Shown here piece after piece: positions 1 to 14,706 of a stretch of DNA of 64,000 bases (positions are counted from its first letter, which is position 1; every line of letters starts with the position of its first letter). A program made the translations under genes and the position numbers. Source of the DNA: Tubiluchus corallicola. Lineage: Eukaryota > Animalia > Priapulida. The stretch covers positions 186,001 to 250,000 of the forward strand of contig JAQGDQ010000215.1 in the NCBI GenBank assembly GCA_030141605.1. The letters run 5' to 3'. The notes below the pieces were generated by a model. It was not told where the DNA came from and did not search any database. It saw nothing but the letters and a program-made list of their open reading frames with translations.

Positions 1-524
1 CTCTTAAATTTCAAAACATAATAAAAACACGTGTGTTATTTATAGTTGCATTAATTTTAAACTTAAAATGAAAGCAAGATGAATCATTGTGAAAAATGTA
101 TCATGAAAGAACTACAGCAATCTCTTTCATCTAGGCTTCATTCAAGCAATCTATAACTTTATTACAATTCACCTCAGTAGCTAACTCTTTTTCAATGAAG
201 AGCAAAGCTAACCCAGACAATCTATCCTCGCCCATTGGACAGGTGGGACTTTACCTGTTTCAGTCGATTAAAGTATCATCCAAGAACTGTACAAATGACC
301 TGCAAAAATTGTTGAAAACGTTCCAATTTTGAAAAAATGTGCTAGAGGGAGCAGTTGCTCCCTTTGCTCCGGCATTAGCTACGTGACTGAGTTAGAAGCA
401 TATCAGCTAATTGTTACTATGCGCATTTTCGGAATATCTGATTAACCGCACTTTTTTCATACTAACGATTCCGTGTTCCATTTTCAAATAAGCATTTTTT
501 ATTTCTGATTATCTTTTTCTGAAG

Positions 525-653
525 GATGTTCTTGTTGTTTCTGCTCCATTTGCACTCAGCTGGGAGGAAGTGGCAGTTGGCATAGTAACGAGCATCACCG
601 TTTTCCCGCTCAATTTTCTCATCATCCAGATCTTCAGATTGAGCAAACTTCGG
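525..653 (+). CDS. PKD1: PKD1 exon (TM3): DVLVVSAPFALSWEEVAVGIVTSITVFPLNFLIIQIFRLSKLR
   Basis: ag|GAT...CGG|gtaat, phase 0-0; the FPLNFLIIQIFR motif is typical of the PKD1 family. Confidence 0.9.
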
Positions 654-3600
654 GTAATGGCTGAGTTTTTTAAGCAAAATTGCTATTACGAAATTTTTTG
701 CACTAAATTTCATGGTGATACAAAAATCTGGTACAAAGATCATACAGAATTTTATGGTGATACAAAAATCAGTGATACAAAAATCTGCAGTTATATTTTG
801 TAAAATTTTGACTATTTTAGTTAGTATTCAGTTTAGATACTTTAATTAGTTTAATTAAGAAATAGATTCATAACTACTAGCTTCTCTAGATTAGCAGAAA
901 CTGCAGTGATGGCAGCTTGAGATGTGAAGTTTTAGGTTGTTAAAATTTTTCAAGTATCGCTCATGTAATTTTATAAATGGCATTTGTTTTTTTTATGATT
1001 TCTTTATCATGTTTGGATCTCTTACATTTGGAAGTTAAATGTTCCTCCTTTCAGCAGCTTTTTAAACTCACACTGCTATGAATTTCGTGTTCGTCTTGAG
1101 TGGATAGTACATGGCAATCAAATATAGAAGCCACCCACCAATCAGCCTTCAGCCACCTCATACTGCAGCTGCAATAAAAGGGGGCTTCCTGAAAAAAAAA
1201 CAGAATAAACTTTTTCCTTTAAATTCATGATTTTGCCTTTGTAAGTGAACATTAATTTAGTTTTGTAAGTTCATATTTAACATATTAGGTATGTTTTTGA
1301 AAGCTTTAACATAGCAAAAATTCATTGAACTTGTTTTTAACCTATTTTTGCTAATTAGCACACCATGAAATTATAGTATATTTTGTTACCATCTTAATAT
1401 ATGCTTGTTTATACATGTAGCCAATCAAAAAGAAGTCGCCAGTGCCAGAACGTACATGCACTGCACAAAGTTTAGAAATAGATGCTTCGTGTGATGTCAA
1501 TGACAGCAGCCCAAAATCCGGTGTAAGAAGCTGGGTAAGATATTTGTTATGGCAATTTTTTAAATAAAGCTAGGGCTCCATGCGTAATGCGGAATATATG
1601 ATACGTAATCCGTAATGTTTGATGTGTATTGACTGTTTCCTCGTGTCGTTGAATGCTATGCATTTTGAGACAAAGCTCATAGTGCTCTTTCCATCATTTT
1701 TGGCTCCTGTCTGTGTGAGAACTGCAAGTAATAAATTTTGGAAATCCTAAATTTTCGAAATTTAATCATGATAATTACGGCAGTGGCATTAGCTTGTCAT
1801 TGTATTATTAGATGCAAAAATGGAAGCACAAGTTTTGGGTGCACAACATTTTACGGGGGGGGGGGGGGGTGGAGAGAACAACACAGCGCGTGCAACCATT
1901 TAGTGAAAAAGCTGTAACTAGATGCATAATGCATAATTATATCCTTCCACCCCTCAAAAAGTCAAATAGAAGAAACATTATTGTTTGTACATCTTGAAGT
2001 GACCAAAACTCACATAATTAGATTTCTAGAAAGCTAAACACCGGAAATTTGAAAACTCGCTAAAGCACCTAGGTTTCGCATGTGTGTATTGCTTTGCTGC
2101 ATGATGTCTATTGGACAATAGTGATCACATTCAAGTGAATACGGGTCACGCATCAAGCATCACGGATTGTGCACTATGTAAATGAAAACACTCATCACGT
2201 GTGTAAATAAAAACTGTTGTATATGCATTACGGATCACGCATCACAAACGTTATGTACACATGGAGCTGAACGTTAAGAGTTATTTTAATTATGCAGACA
2301 GTTTTTAAAGTAATTTGTTAAGAACCCTTTGAACGAAGGTGCCAGATTATTGTTTTTGGTGAATTTAGATTTCAGAAGTTCATATGAAATAAAATGATTG
2401 CTAAATGGCTACCCACAACCTTTCTTTAACGTAGCTCGTTTATACAGAGCAACTTATTGTCAATCATGTTTGCACATGTAAGGATTGACTAGTTTATTTG
2501 TCTCATTCCAGTAGCATATATATATACTATTCAATTACACACAGTTCATTATAACTGCACTGAGACAGGGTGACGAACGACCATAATGGTCACCTAGTAG
2601 CCACCCCTATTTATAAAACATTACTATTGTATTTAGTTAACTTAGAAGTGATGTTAGCAGCTTGTGAGATACTTATGTTATACAGTTATCATATTATCTA
2701 ATGAAATCACCTTAGTAGTTAAAAATCAACATACTTTTGACTTCAGTGACATGTTACTTTGTGTTAGTATCTGTTGAGGTACAAATGTTTTGGTCCATTA
2801 CCCCTTCTCAAGGTAGTATATGCATTAGAAGCCACAATATATTAGACTGTAGTTCAACAAGCTAGACTACTTTTTCTACTCTGACATTGTATAGGTGGAA
2901 CTTGGTATGCACGCACGTCTCTGTTACATTTAAAATTTTACTTATAATTATACTGCTACCTTTTACTGACATTCTCGCTTTTTCTCGACTCAATATTGGA
3001 CCAACAATGTATGTATGCATTTTAGCTTTTAGTGTAATGTAGTAATCTGTAGTACTTATTTTCTTGCACTTATTTCAGTAGATTTGTAGATGTAGTAATT
3101 GTAGACTAGAGAAAATTTGTATTTTTGCAAAATAAACTAACATAGATATGGGAACGCAACTTTGATTTGAGCGTATACATTACAGTATCTCATGTGTGCG
3201 TGTGCGCGTGCATGTGTATGATACCTGACAAATAATCCTATTGTGCAATACAGTAAAAGATCATGAATAACTTGTAAGTACAACTGACACAAGCAGCAAA
3301 AACAAACAAGCATTGCACTATATTACTCCCACGATTATAACTTCAACTCAATTTTCACACAGGTAACTAAATGTCGATAATCACGGTACACCAAAAAAAT
3401 AACAGACAGAAAAGAAAAAAACTTACAGAATACATTCATTAAAAAGCAAACAGGGTCCATCGTGTTTGTTTGGACAGTAATTCCTGTGTGTTTATAGATA
3501 CCAAGGCTAAGAAGAGCCATGGCAGTACGACATCTTGAGTGGAGTTTTGATAGCAAACGTGATGAAGCCAGTCCACAAGAAGTGGATACAGATTCACATG

Positions 3601-6600
3601 CACGGGAGGTTAGATTTCCTTGACAATCGTATAATAATATCCCACATTTAGTCGTGCTAACAGTTTGTTATCTGATAAAAACTAAAATAATTTCAAAATG
3701 AAAGCACTTTTTGTATGAATTGTAGGTCATAAAGTGTGAAGAATTAAATACCACAGATAATCTGGCAGTGAGACTGCAAAGTCCAGCTGCAATATTCGGT
3801 CCAAAACGTCCATCTAGCGCTCATCCTAGACACGACAGAACTGTGGTAGAATCAAAGATGCGTGCTGATAGTTGGGATGATGATGACGATGGTGATAGTT
3901 GTACAGGTATGTGGCATTGCAAAGTATCTTAGGTTATAAATTATCTCTTATTTAAATTTTTAATGTTATTTTTTTTGAAGTACAGTTGTACATTTACAAT
4001 AGTTGTCGTTTATTTTCATTAAAATCTTCCAAAGATAGTTATGGCTACTTTGTGAGATGTTCACTACAAGACAATAAACAATTTAATGGCTACTTTTCTC
4101 TAAGTAGTGCATTCAGAGGCATAGAAAACGGGGGGCAACAGGGGGCAATTGTCCCCGGGTGGAAGAGTGAGAGGGCACAAAATTCTGGGATGCAATGACT
4201 GTTAATTATTAACTGCTAATTAACTTTAGCAATTAACAAAAGTTTTTACACTACCTAGTCAGAGATCATCGTAGCTGAATTATTCACTATCAGCTTCGAA
4301 AAAAGCTGATTTTGTTACTTTTTTGAACGGTGTGTGGCTTAGCAGATTGATAATTTTGGGAGAAATAATGACGTTGTTCTCTAAATGCCAATTGTATTAT
4401 TGTGTAGTGTTCTGCATCTTTCACAATCTTTGCATGTTTTAATACTGGAGCTGAATGTTTAACGACTGTTGTGTCATGCGCAACTTTCCTCGACCAATGC
4501 ATAGAACAGAGTTATTCAGATGCAGTACCGCAAACTAAACTCAGGGTGATTCTTAGAAAAGAATTTGTTTATCCATCATGTCGAAAAGGAAAGTGGGAAC
4601 TCGGGGATGGAAAAAGCGCGCACAATTTGTGGCTTCACCCACGAAACAAATGATGAAAACATTAAAAAGCTTTAGCGTCAGAAGTACTTGCTACACCACT
4701 GAGCGCATTTCTTTTCACTAGTTAGTTGGCTTAGTTGGATTCATGCAAAACAACAAGTTGTGCAGTCTTAGTTGCATTCATCTAAAGCAACAAGTTGTGC
4801 AGTCTTAGTTGCATTCATCTAAAGCAACAAGTTGTGCAATCTTAGTTACATTCATGCAAAACAACAAGTTGTGCAATGTTAGTTACATTCATGCAAAACA
4901 ACAAGTTGTGCAATGTTAGTTGCGTTCATGCAAAACAACAAGTTGTGCAATCTTAGTTACATTCATGCAAAACAACAAGTTGTGCAATGTTAGTTGCATT
5001 CATGCAAAACAACAAGTTGTGCAATGTTAGTTGCATTCATGCAAAACAACAAGTTGTGCAATCTTAGTTACATTCATGCAAAACAACAAGTTGGGCAATG
5101 TTAGTTGCATTCATGCAAAACAACAAGTTGTGCAATCTTAGTTGCATTCATGCAAAACAACAAGTTGTGCAATCTTAGTTACATTCATGCAAAACAACAA
5201 GTTGTGCAATCTTAGTTACATTCATGCAAAACAACAAGTTGTGCAATCTTAGTTACATTCATGCAAAACAACAAGTTGTGCAATCTTAGTTACATTCATG
5301 CAAAACAACAAGTTGGGCAACATTAGTTGCATCCATGCAAAACACCAAGTTGCTGTAAAAACTAAATTGTGCCAACAACATGCAAATGAGCAATAAATTT
5401 TGTTTATTTTCACATTTGCTGGTATGATGTGTGCATAATTGCAGGTAGGCCACATACCGGATACAAGCGACGTCGGGTGACAGAAAGAGCCATCAGAACT
5501 GAAGAAGGCCGTTGGAGTATTGATGATGATGACATTGTTGACGAGAAAGAACAAGTGCCAAGAGTGACATTGACATTAGACAAAAATGGAAAAACAACTC
5601 ATCCTAATTTACTGAAAACAAAGTCAGAAGAAAACGGTACAGAAAGCGCTCAGAGACCTACCACTAGCTATGGGCGGCGTGGGTTATCGGGAATTTCTAG
5701 AATTTCAATAGCTGTTAATCGCTTTAGGTATGTTGGACCATGTATGGACTATTTATTAGTTGGCAAAATTTAAGAATTTCCGAAAAGCGCCTTGCTTTTT
5801 CTGTTTTTTGTAAGAAAATAACTTGCAGTGCTTTGGTATTAACTACAGTTCTGTTTTTCCTCTTCGCTTCTTCTGTTCTTTTTTTCTCCTTTTCATTATT
5901 TATATATTCACAGTTTGTTAAATGTTTAGTAATTATTTATCTTACAATTTATGAGATACTCTGTGCACCTGCTAGATTTAGGTTTTAGTCCATCGTTCTG
6001 ATTATTTAAGAAATTTGCTCTGTTGTTATTGCGTTCTTTTGTAACGGTTCTCTTTCACGATTGTTTTGTAGTATTGTGGTCTGTTGTAGATGTTCTCTTC
6101 CACAGTTTGATAAGTGATATGAACTTTTCCAATTAGCCAAACTTTGGAGCAGTTTAAAGCCTACTTCACCAGAGACAGTGTGCATGAAAGACAGAGTGAC
6201 TGCCCGAAGTTTACTGCCTCTGCGTCAGATTTTCGTTACTTTTTTCAACACCAAAAACGTTTCACTGAATCAGGAAGCTTTTTTAACTAGGTGACATTCA
6301 TGAGGTACCTCTTGGCACAAGCAATCACTAAGTCCATGTCCTAGTGGCGACAGTTTGTACAAAATAAGAAGCAGGAAATGCTTCAGAAAAAAACAGGGAA
6401 ATCAATAACTCTATAACACTGTTTATAAAACATGTTTTCATAATATCGAACCAGTCTTATAAAATTGTCCTTTCGTGGTGAATCTTATTTGCCGAGTTTC
6501 ATCTGGACATTCCATTTTTTTCAGAAATGGATCAAAAAAGTCGAATATTATAAGACCTTCTACTGCCCGTCCTGCTACTTCTGCTGGACATGCATCTCGT

Positions 6601-9600
6601 GACAGTCAAGATAAAAATGCTGCAGTGAAAAAAGATCCAAATCTCGATGATAGTTGGGACTTTCAGAAAACAACAGCACCACCTACAGGAACTGACAACG
6701 ATATCACCCTAAGTGACAGTTGGGATGCTAGCAACTACAGGACGGGCTGTTCCAACGACTGGGATGCCAGTGATTATAAGACACAGTGTGTGGAGTCATG
6801 GGAGGAGTTGAATTTCAATGCACGGCCGGAAAGTGCCCACCCCCGGAGACGTGACATGGACCGTGAAATGCCACTAGTGAGGAAAGATAGTTGGGATGAA
6901 AGTGACGATGAAATTGAGATGGCCGTCCGACCACAGAGCGCACATCCAAAGAGGTAGGTGATCCATAATTTTATGCGACGACTGATTTTTCTCTTTCAAG
7001 AGAAGTTATTGCATCATATGTCATGGCACTAGCAACATTGAAAATTTTAGTTATTTAAATGTGTGCTTATAAACCAAAACTGTCCACAAGTCGGTCCAGT
7101 TAAAACTACGTTATGATGCTACAATAATATCAATTTGGTCAAATGTAAATTTTTTGTTTTTTATAAAAAAAATGCTAAATATATTGAACTTTTATATTCT
7201 AGCATCAAATTATCTAGAAAATGTTCAGAAAATACTAAAAATCTAATTTTTTAACCCCGAACCCACATTTCTGGCTACAAGCTGGTACTACAATTGAGAA
7301 ACATTCATCCTCATGGAAACAGTCATTTTGCTTTGGGTTTTTTCTGTTGTCAAGCCCAGTTCTTTGTCAAGAAGAGCCATCTACTGGATTTAAACATAAC
7401 TTCAATGTGCTCTTGCAAAGTCCATAGCAACCAACATTTGTGCAGTTGCTAAATGTTTTGTAGCAATGCGACAAAAAACAAGGGCGAACTTTAACAGCGA
7501 TTTTCTCAAGATTATGTTTTTCACTGCATAGTCTGCACCTCGACTTCAACGTGGATTATCTCAGCTTAGAAATAACATAGAGCGATGAACTTGGCATCAA
7601 AATGATCCTCATGAAATGGAGATTCAGGATATGTGAATAACTAGAAAAGCTTAATTCTCAACTTGTGGATGACTTAGCTATACAAGCACACAAATGTTGT
7701 CACAGCTTGTTTGCCTAGTTTGCTTTTGCAGTATCCTTGTACCCTATAATTGTACCATAAAATGCTGCTGCTTACATTATAAAGAAAACGTTTCCACCGT
7801 TACATGCTTTCCTTTACACTTTAGTTAAGAAATGAGACAACCTTCCCTGATTTTGCCTTGTCATTTTATCGTAGGCGTGGAAAAAGTGCCACGGAGAGAG
7901 AAAGTCTAGACAGCTGGAGCGACATTGAGGCATCATGCAATGAACCCGAAGTGGATGTTCATCTTACATCAGCTCCATCTCCCGACCTGGAAGAGAAACT
8001 TTGGCAAGAATGGCAGAAGTTACCTAGGGAACCAGCCAAGCTCAGAGATTGGTAATAACAATTAAATGTTATTGTTTATTTTTTATTGTTCTTTATTTTT
8101 TATGTTCTACATTCTTCTTATTTATCATTATTATTATTTAGTTTTCACATTCAGGTTGGACCTGGTTGGTCTGTGAAGCAATACTTTTGATCAGCCTTTA
8201 TGTACTCTATAGTAACACTAGAACACTAGACGTTTGATATACAGTCAACATGAAAGAAATAAAAAAATATTATTTAAAGAGAAAAAAGAGACTGCTGTTT
8301 TGACAGCACTGTTGCTTTATTTTTAATTTATTTAATGTTATTTATCTTCACATGATAAATTATAGAGTTATTACTTGTATTTAACATCATTGTTATTATT
8401 TGTTTTTATACTGATCAGGAATTTGGATGATGATCTTGGCATTATAGACACTGACCCGGGCTTAAACGAGAGTCAAGATTACATTATTTCCACGACCACA
8501 CGACCCAAATTTCAGTTCAGGACCGGTTTGGATGAAACAATGACTAGTGCGGATTTTGACTGGTCCGAATCAGGTATGTCTAGCTGGTATAGTACTTTGC
8601 ATGGAGAACTGCGTTATATTTGAAGGTGTTTTGAAAAATTGGTTTTACATATTGTCTGAAACGCAGGGCCGTCTTGACGCTTTGGTAGCACTGGGCAGTT
8701 GCCCGAGTCATGCAGGGCCGTCCTGACGCTTGGGTAGCACTGGGCAGTTGCCTGGGTCACGCAGGGCCGTCTTGATGCTTGGGTAGCACTGGGCAGTTAC
8801 CTGGGTCCCCACGAGCATCAGGGTCCCATGCTAATCTAATGCATGTTGTGACGTGCTGTTAATAAACAAATACTATACTATACTAAACTAGAAATATTTG
8901 TTATTGTGTTACAAGAGGGCATTGGCATTTACCTCTGATTTAGTTCACTGTCACCTCTGTAATCTCACACGCATGTGATACGTAACATATAAAGCAATTC
9001 TCTGCAAAGATGTTTTGCAAATGTTTGTGCTGGACATTCGATCAATAATAAATAATTCATAGTAATTTCATACTGTACCATTTCCTTCTGTATGGTTTAC
9101 CAATTGACTATCATTTTATATGTTGATTTTTCGTATTTTTCAATGCTCATGTTATATTTTTCAAACATTTGTCTTGATTAATCTTTGCATTACAGAATGT
9201 TTTTTAATCCTTAAACACTGATTTTGCTGGACGCATCAATATAATCAATATATATTCAATGTTATCAACCATCTACATTTTTATTCCTGTGAATGGTTGT
9301 GTAGGCAGGGGCCCAGTGCACTACTTTGCCCGGGATCATATAATACCATTGAAACGGCCTTGCAGAACTTTTTACTTTTATAAACTGACAAACTTTGCTT
9401 TGTATAAGTTAAATATTGCTGTTGATTAAAAATAAACAGAGAAAATAATGACTAATTTGATGCAGGTGATGATGAAATATGTGCAAAGGAAGAGAAGGTG
9501 TTTAGCAACCACCGCGATGAAGAGGTGATGAGTCGAGATTCAGAGTCGGTTATTTATCACGAACCTCCAGAATCTGTGTGCAAGATCCAGAACTGTAACG

Positions 9601-12600
9601 GTAAGATCCTTGTAACAGATACATGTTTTAGCATTGATATGTAGGAAGCCACCCACCACCCTCCCAATGACTGTAACGGTAAGATCATTGTAACAGATAC
9701 ATGTTTTAGCATTGATATGTAGGAAGCCACCCACCACCCTCCCAATGACTGTAACGGTAAGATCATTGTAACAGATACACGTTTTAGCATGGATGTGTAG
9801 GAAGCCACCCACCACCCGTTACAAGTTTAAATCAGCACATATCCGCATACATGCAGAGTTTTTCTTATTTTTGTTAAAGTTAGATCTGTGTGTGATAGTT
9901 TGTCACTGGTACACTTGTATTAGTCATTGTTTGCCTTTCAGATACAGTCAGTAAAGTCAACCATCGTTTTAATTGTTCTTCCAAGTATCCACTTCCGCAC
10001 TGGTGCATCTACGTTGCCTACTTTCTGTGTCTCGTTGTTTGCGGTTTTAGCGCCATCTTCATTCTGCTCTACGGACAGAGCTTTGGTCGAGACGGTGCAA
10101 TAAAATGGCTGATTGCTGTTCTTGTTTCGTTTGCGGAATCGCTGTTCATCGTCGAGCCGATGAAGGTAAGATGAACGTTCATTTACACTTTTTTTTCATT
10201 AACAACGTCAGGTAAAAAATTCCAGGTGAGTAAATACTTACCTCACCCACGTGTTCCAGTTAAACCATTTTTGAAGGTTAACAAAAGAATCAGTGCAGGT
10301 TTGATTTCTTATACATGTACATGCACCTGCATAATATTTAATTTATATTTTTGTGGAGACTTTTCAGGTGTTGTAAATAGCATAGCTTATTCAGATTTAT
10401 AAATCATTTTGAATTGGATGTTTTATAGTTAACTGTTTTAGCCTGCAATCAAGTTGCAAGTTTTGTAAGAAGTCATGTTTATCATGACTACAGTGACATT
10501 TCAATTTTCTTAAGTCTTAATTTTCTTTTCCTACAGTTCAGCATAAAACTTCTAACAAGCACCTTATTGTGGAATTTAGGAACACTTTTTGCAATTCACA
10601 CAATTTTTTGTATTTTTTTTTCACGTTTTAGGTTATTGCATTGGCACTGTACATATCACTGATAGCTAAACCTACAAAAGATGAGGATGAAGCAGCGCCG
10701 TTTTCATCTCTTTATCAAACAAATCAGATCATAAATACTGGAAATGTGGTATAAACTGTTATCCTTTTACTCTGCTTTTAGTTTATTCTTTAACTTCTTC
10801 AGGATCTTAAGCATTTGATGCACTTTGCATGGGTTCTAGAAAAACTGCTCTCACTAAGCAGTGATTACATTATAATTGATAATTTTTGTAGTTTCTACTC
10901 CTCACATAATGGATTTTCATGCATAATTATATATGAAATGCATTTTCTTAACTCAGACAAATTCAAAATCAATTTTTAAACCAAAAAATTGAAAAAAGCT
11001 TTCCGTAACTTCAGTGTTTGCACTGTAACAATGTGCAGTATCACTTGTGTGAAATTGGTAATGCAGAATATGTCAACTATCCAGACACAAAACTCTGATA
11101 CTCTTTGGCCTCAAGTCTACTCTATTTTTAAGGAGAAATTCCTGTTAAAAGATGAAATGACCTTAATTTCTCCTAACCTGATCAGTTGGTTTTTCCTGGA
11201 ATAGCAGCAGAACATTGCACAGCTTGGGCTGTAGTAAGCAGGCGATCAATAAATTAGTGTGTACAATCACGCAAGTGTACACCAGATTAAGCTACTCAAT
11301 AGGCTAACTTTGAATGCCTGAAAAGGGCATGTTATTTTAAATTTTGTCCAACTAAATCACTTATAAATGTACTTGCAAAAAACAAAATCTAGTTAAATGT
11401 AATTACTACTTAAAACTGTAAATGCAATTACAACCTTTTGTATTTCAGTGTGAATGTATATTGAGATGTGTAGATAAGCTTGATTTCTATAATATTTACG
11501 TAAATTTCACTACTGTGCCCTGCAAATGGAGGGCTTGTTTGGATTTGTACAGTAGGAGTACATGTTTTTTGAATAAATTAGAGTTACAATAATAATAATG
11601 ATAATAATAATGACAATGACAATGACAATGACAATGACAATGACAATGACAATGACAATGACAATGACAATGACAATGACAATGACAATGACAATGGTAA
11701 TGGTAATGATAATGGTAATGGTAATGGTAATGATAATGATAATTCTGATTATAAGCCTTAGAGAAATCAAAGTATGAGTTTCTTTGGCTCTGATGCCTTA
11801 ATTTAGAATATAATACAGCTAAACGACTATACAATTAAATATTATTTAGCTTTTGGTTTGTTTTTGCTTAGCAACAATCCAGATTAAAACCTGTGAGTGG
11901 ATTTGCTTTGGAAAAGGCCAAGCGTGAGAGTCGACGATTGCGCCATTTGCACGATCTCGTACGCGGATTCCTGCTGTATTCCACGTTTGTGTGGATAGTT
12001 GTGGTCATCAACTTTGCCGACACTAGTCGCTACAGTCACTTGCTAAAAACCGGGTTGGACTCTGAGCTTGTTGAAACGAATTTTACGACTCTTGATGGTG
12101 GTTATCCGAGAAATTTCAGGACAATAAAAAGGTATTTCTAAAAAACATCTTTGAGCTCTGTATATTAAGCATCTCACTAAGTCCTTGCTTAACGACTCAA
12201 CGTTTAGCGATGTTTCGTTTTAATGACGCTCATCATTTGACACCTTTTTTTCACTTCTCGACGCTCGTTTCTATTTAACGACAAATTTTTTACTTCGCTC
12301 AAGGCAAATTTTTATTTTATCAACAACATTTTTACTTATTTTGATGAATTAAAACAGAACATATTGCATTATTCTGTTTTAAAAATGTACTAATAATGTA
12401 AACAGTCTTATATAAGTATAAACAGTATTTTATAAGTTCTTGCTTCCCGACTGCTGACTATATCCTAGCCGTTTACATCAAGTGAGACATGCCGGCAAAC
12501 CTTATGCATGCAACCTGTTGCTACAGCAACCAGACCAAGTATCTTGACAAAATTCCCAAAGTCGTCCCATAGCTTGGCTTTGACTCTGCAGTGTTTATTG

Positions 12601-14295
12601 TTTAATGATTTAAACATTAATGCAATAGCAGGTGCTATAGTTAGGTAAATAAGGTAAGATATACAGGTGGTTTCAAGCAAGTAGGAAGAAATTAATAAGT
12701 AGAAATATGAGTAAAGCTCTTAAGTATTTTAGTTATATGATTTAACCAGCATTGATTCTTGCCTCTGGAACGCATCTCAATTCTTTTACATTACTTTCTA
12801 TGGAAGTCTTGGCTTCGTTTAACGTTGCGTTTTGCTGGAACGCATTAGCGTCGTTAAGCGAGGACATAATGTAAAATTGTCAATATCCTGCCAATGCCTA
12901 TTTTATTACTGAACATATTTTACGTATAAATAATTTCTCTTCTTTACGTTTGCTGGTAAATAGGGCAGAGGGTTTCTGGGAGTGGAGTGAATTGGTGCTG
13001 ATACCGTGGCTGTCGGAAACCAGTATGAATAATTCGTACAAGATGGTACTGGGCTCCATTAGAGTAAAAGTAAACAGAGTTATACGAGGTATGCGAATTC
13101 ATTCTTTATATGTATTATCTCATCAGCTTTGATGTCTTAATTAAGCAGTAATTAGCGAATAAATGCCAAATTGCAGATTACTTTAGTTTATTATTTTTAA
13201 TTCGCATAATATACAGGTTATTTTCGTTTCACCTATGCGACTTATGACTGTTCAACTTTACAATCCGACCACAACTTGTTTATTTAATTATACAAAACCA
13301 ACTCTAACTCAAATGAAATTTAAATGGCTTCAATAAATTCATCGCAATCGCCACTATATTAAGTGCACATAAACATATGTCTTGCGTGCACCGCTTGAAT
13401 ATACGTAGAACATGCGAGTCTGATTTGCGTCCAGTTTGTCTTATGACCAATCCGCCGGAACTGATTGTGGTCATAAGTCAATGACTACCTGTTTTCCGTT
13501 ATGAGTTTTGTTTTTATTTCAATATCATTTTGTTGATAATTTTATGAGAAATAAAAAGAAAGCAAATATATACACATTGCAGACACGTGGTTGAAACATG
13601 AATATAACTTGTTATTAAAAAATTGTATACTAGCTGGATATTAGTTATTGTTTTGTGATAACTCTACATATGTTATATTTTATATCTTGTATTGAAACGT
13701 GTCACATGTTTGCTTATTATTTCAGACTGTGATTTTGTAAATGATAACTTGCACTTGGGAACATGTCGCAGGGAGTTAGAGGACACAAATGATTACCATC
13801 TAGACTGGATAATGGCAACGGAAAACGAACATTCTGCATGGTTATATACGGCAACTACAGCTGGGAGGTACTTTTCCGTTCATAGTGGAAAATTCATAAG
13901 TTCCATTCTTTGCTAACCTGTAATATCTATTCTATATAACATGTTTATTTGCTAACCTTTTGGACTGGGTTCATGTTCTAGTGGTGAGTACAGAGGTGAA
14001 ACAGGATTGTTTAGCGGTGGAGGATACGTGGAAGAATTTTCCACCTCTGTTAATCGCTCTGGATGGTTGGATCAGTTAAATACATTAAAACAGAATAACT
14101 GGATCGACAACAAGTGAGTCATTTTGTTGTAGCACATAAATAAATTTTTGTTTTACTGTGATTAAATTAAACGATTAGGTAGCTATTTTAAACAATCTGT
14201 ATTAATTCTATTGATATTAGCATAATAACACAAAAAACTGTGGTAATTTGGTTGCACTGCTTTGTGTGTGTGCATGTGTGTGTGCATGTGTGTAT

Positions 14296-14356
<61 letters not shown>

Positions 14357-14675
14357 TGCGTGTGTGCATGCAGGGCTGGTGCTCGTTCTATAATTCCTAG
14401 GTTATGTCCTATACTTCCTATAAAATCATGAATTCTCAATTAAATGAGAATGTTATTGGTATTTTTTACGCATAACCACAATCAGATATTATAAGTACAT
14501 ATCTTCATGACTATAATACCAATTTGCAAAGAAATTGTGAAAATCGCTCTAGTGTAAGGTTAGAAACTTTCGTTTTTAAAGAAAAATGTCCTATAATTCC
14601 TATATTTTTTCAAGAAATGTCCTATATTTCTTTAGAATAATGTCCTATATTTTTGGAAAGTAGAGTACGAGCCCT

Positions 14676-14706
<31 letters not shown>

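Noticed and set aside
2895-2904. Possible 10-nt PKD1 micro-exon (tag|gtggaacttg|gtatg)
   Set aside because: It would shift the frame between two phase-0 exons, and no compensating exon was found.
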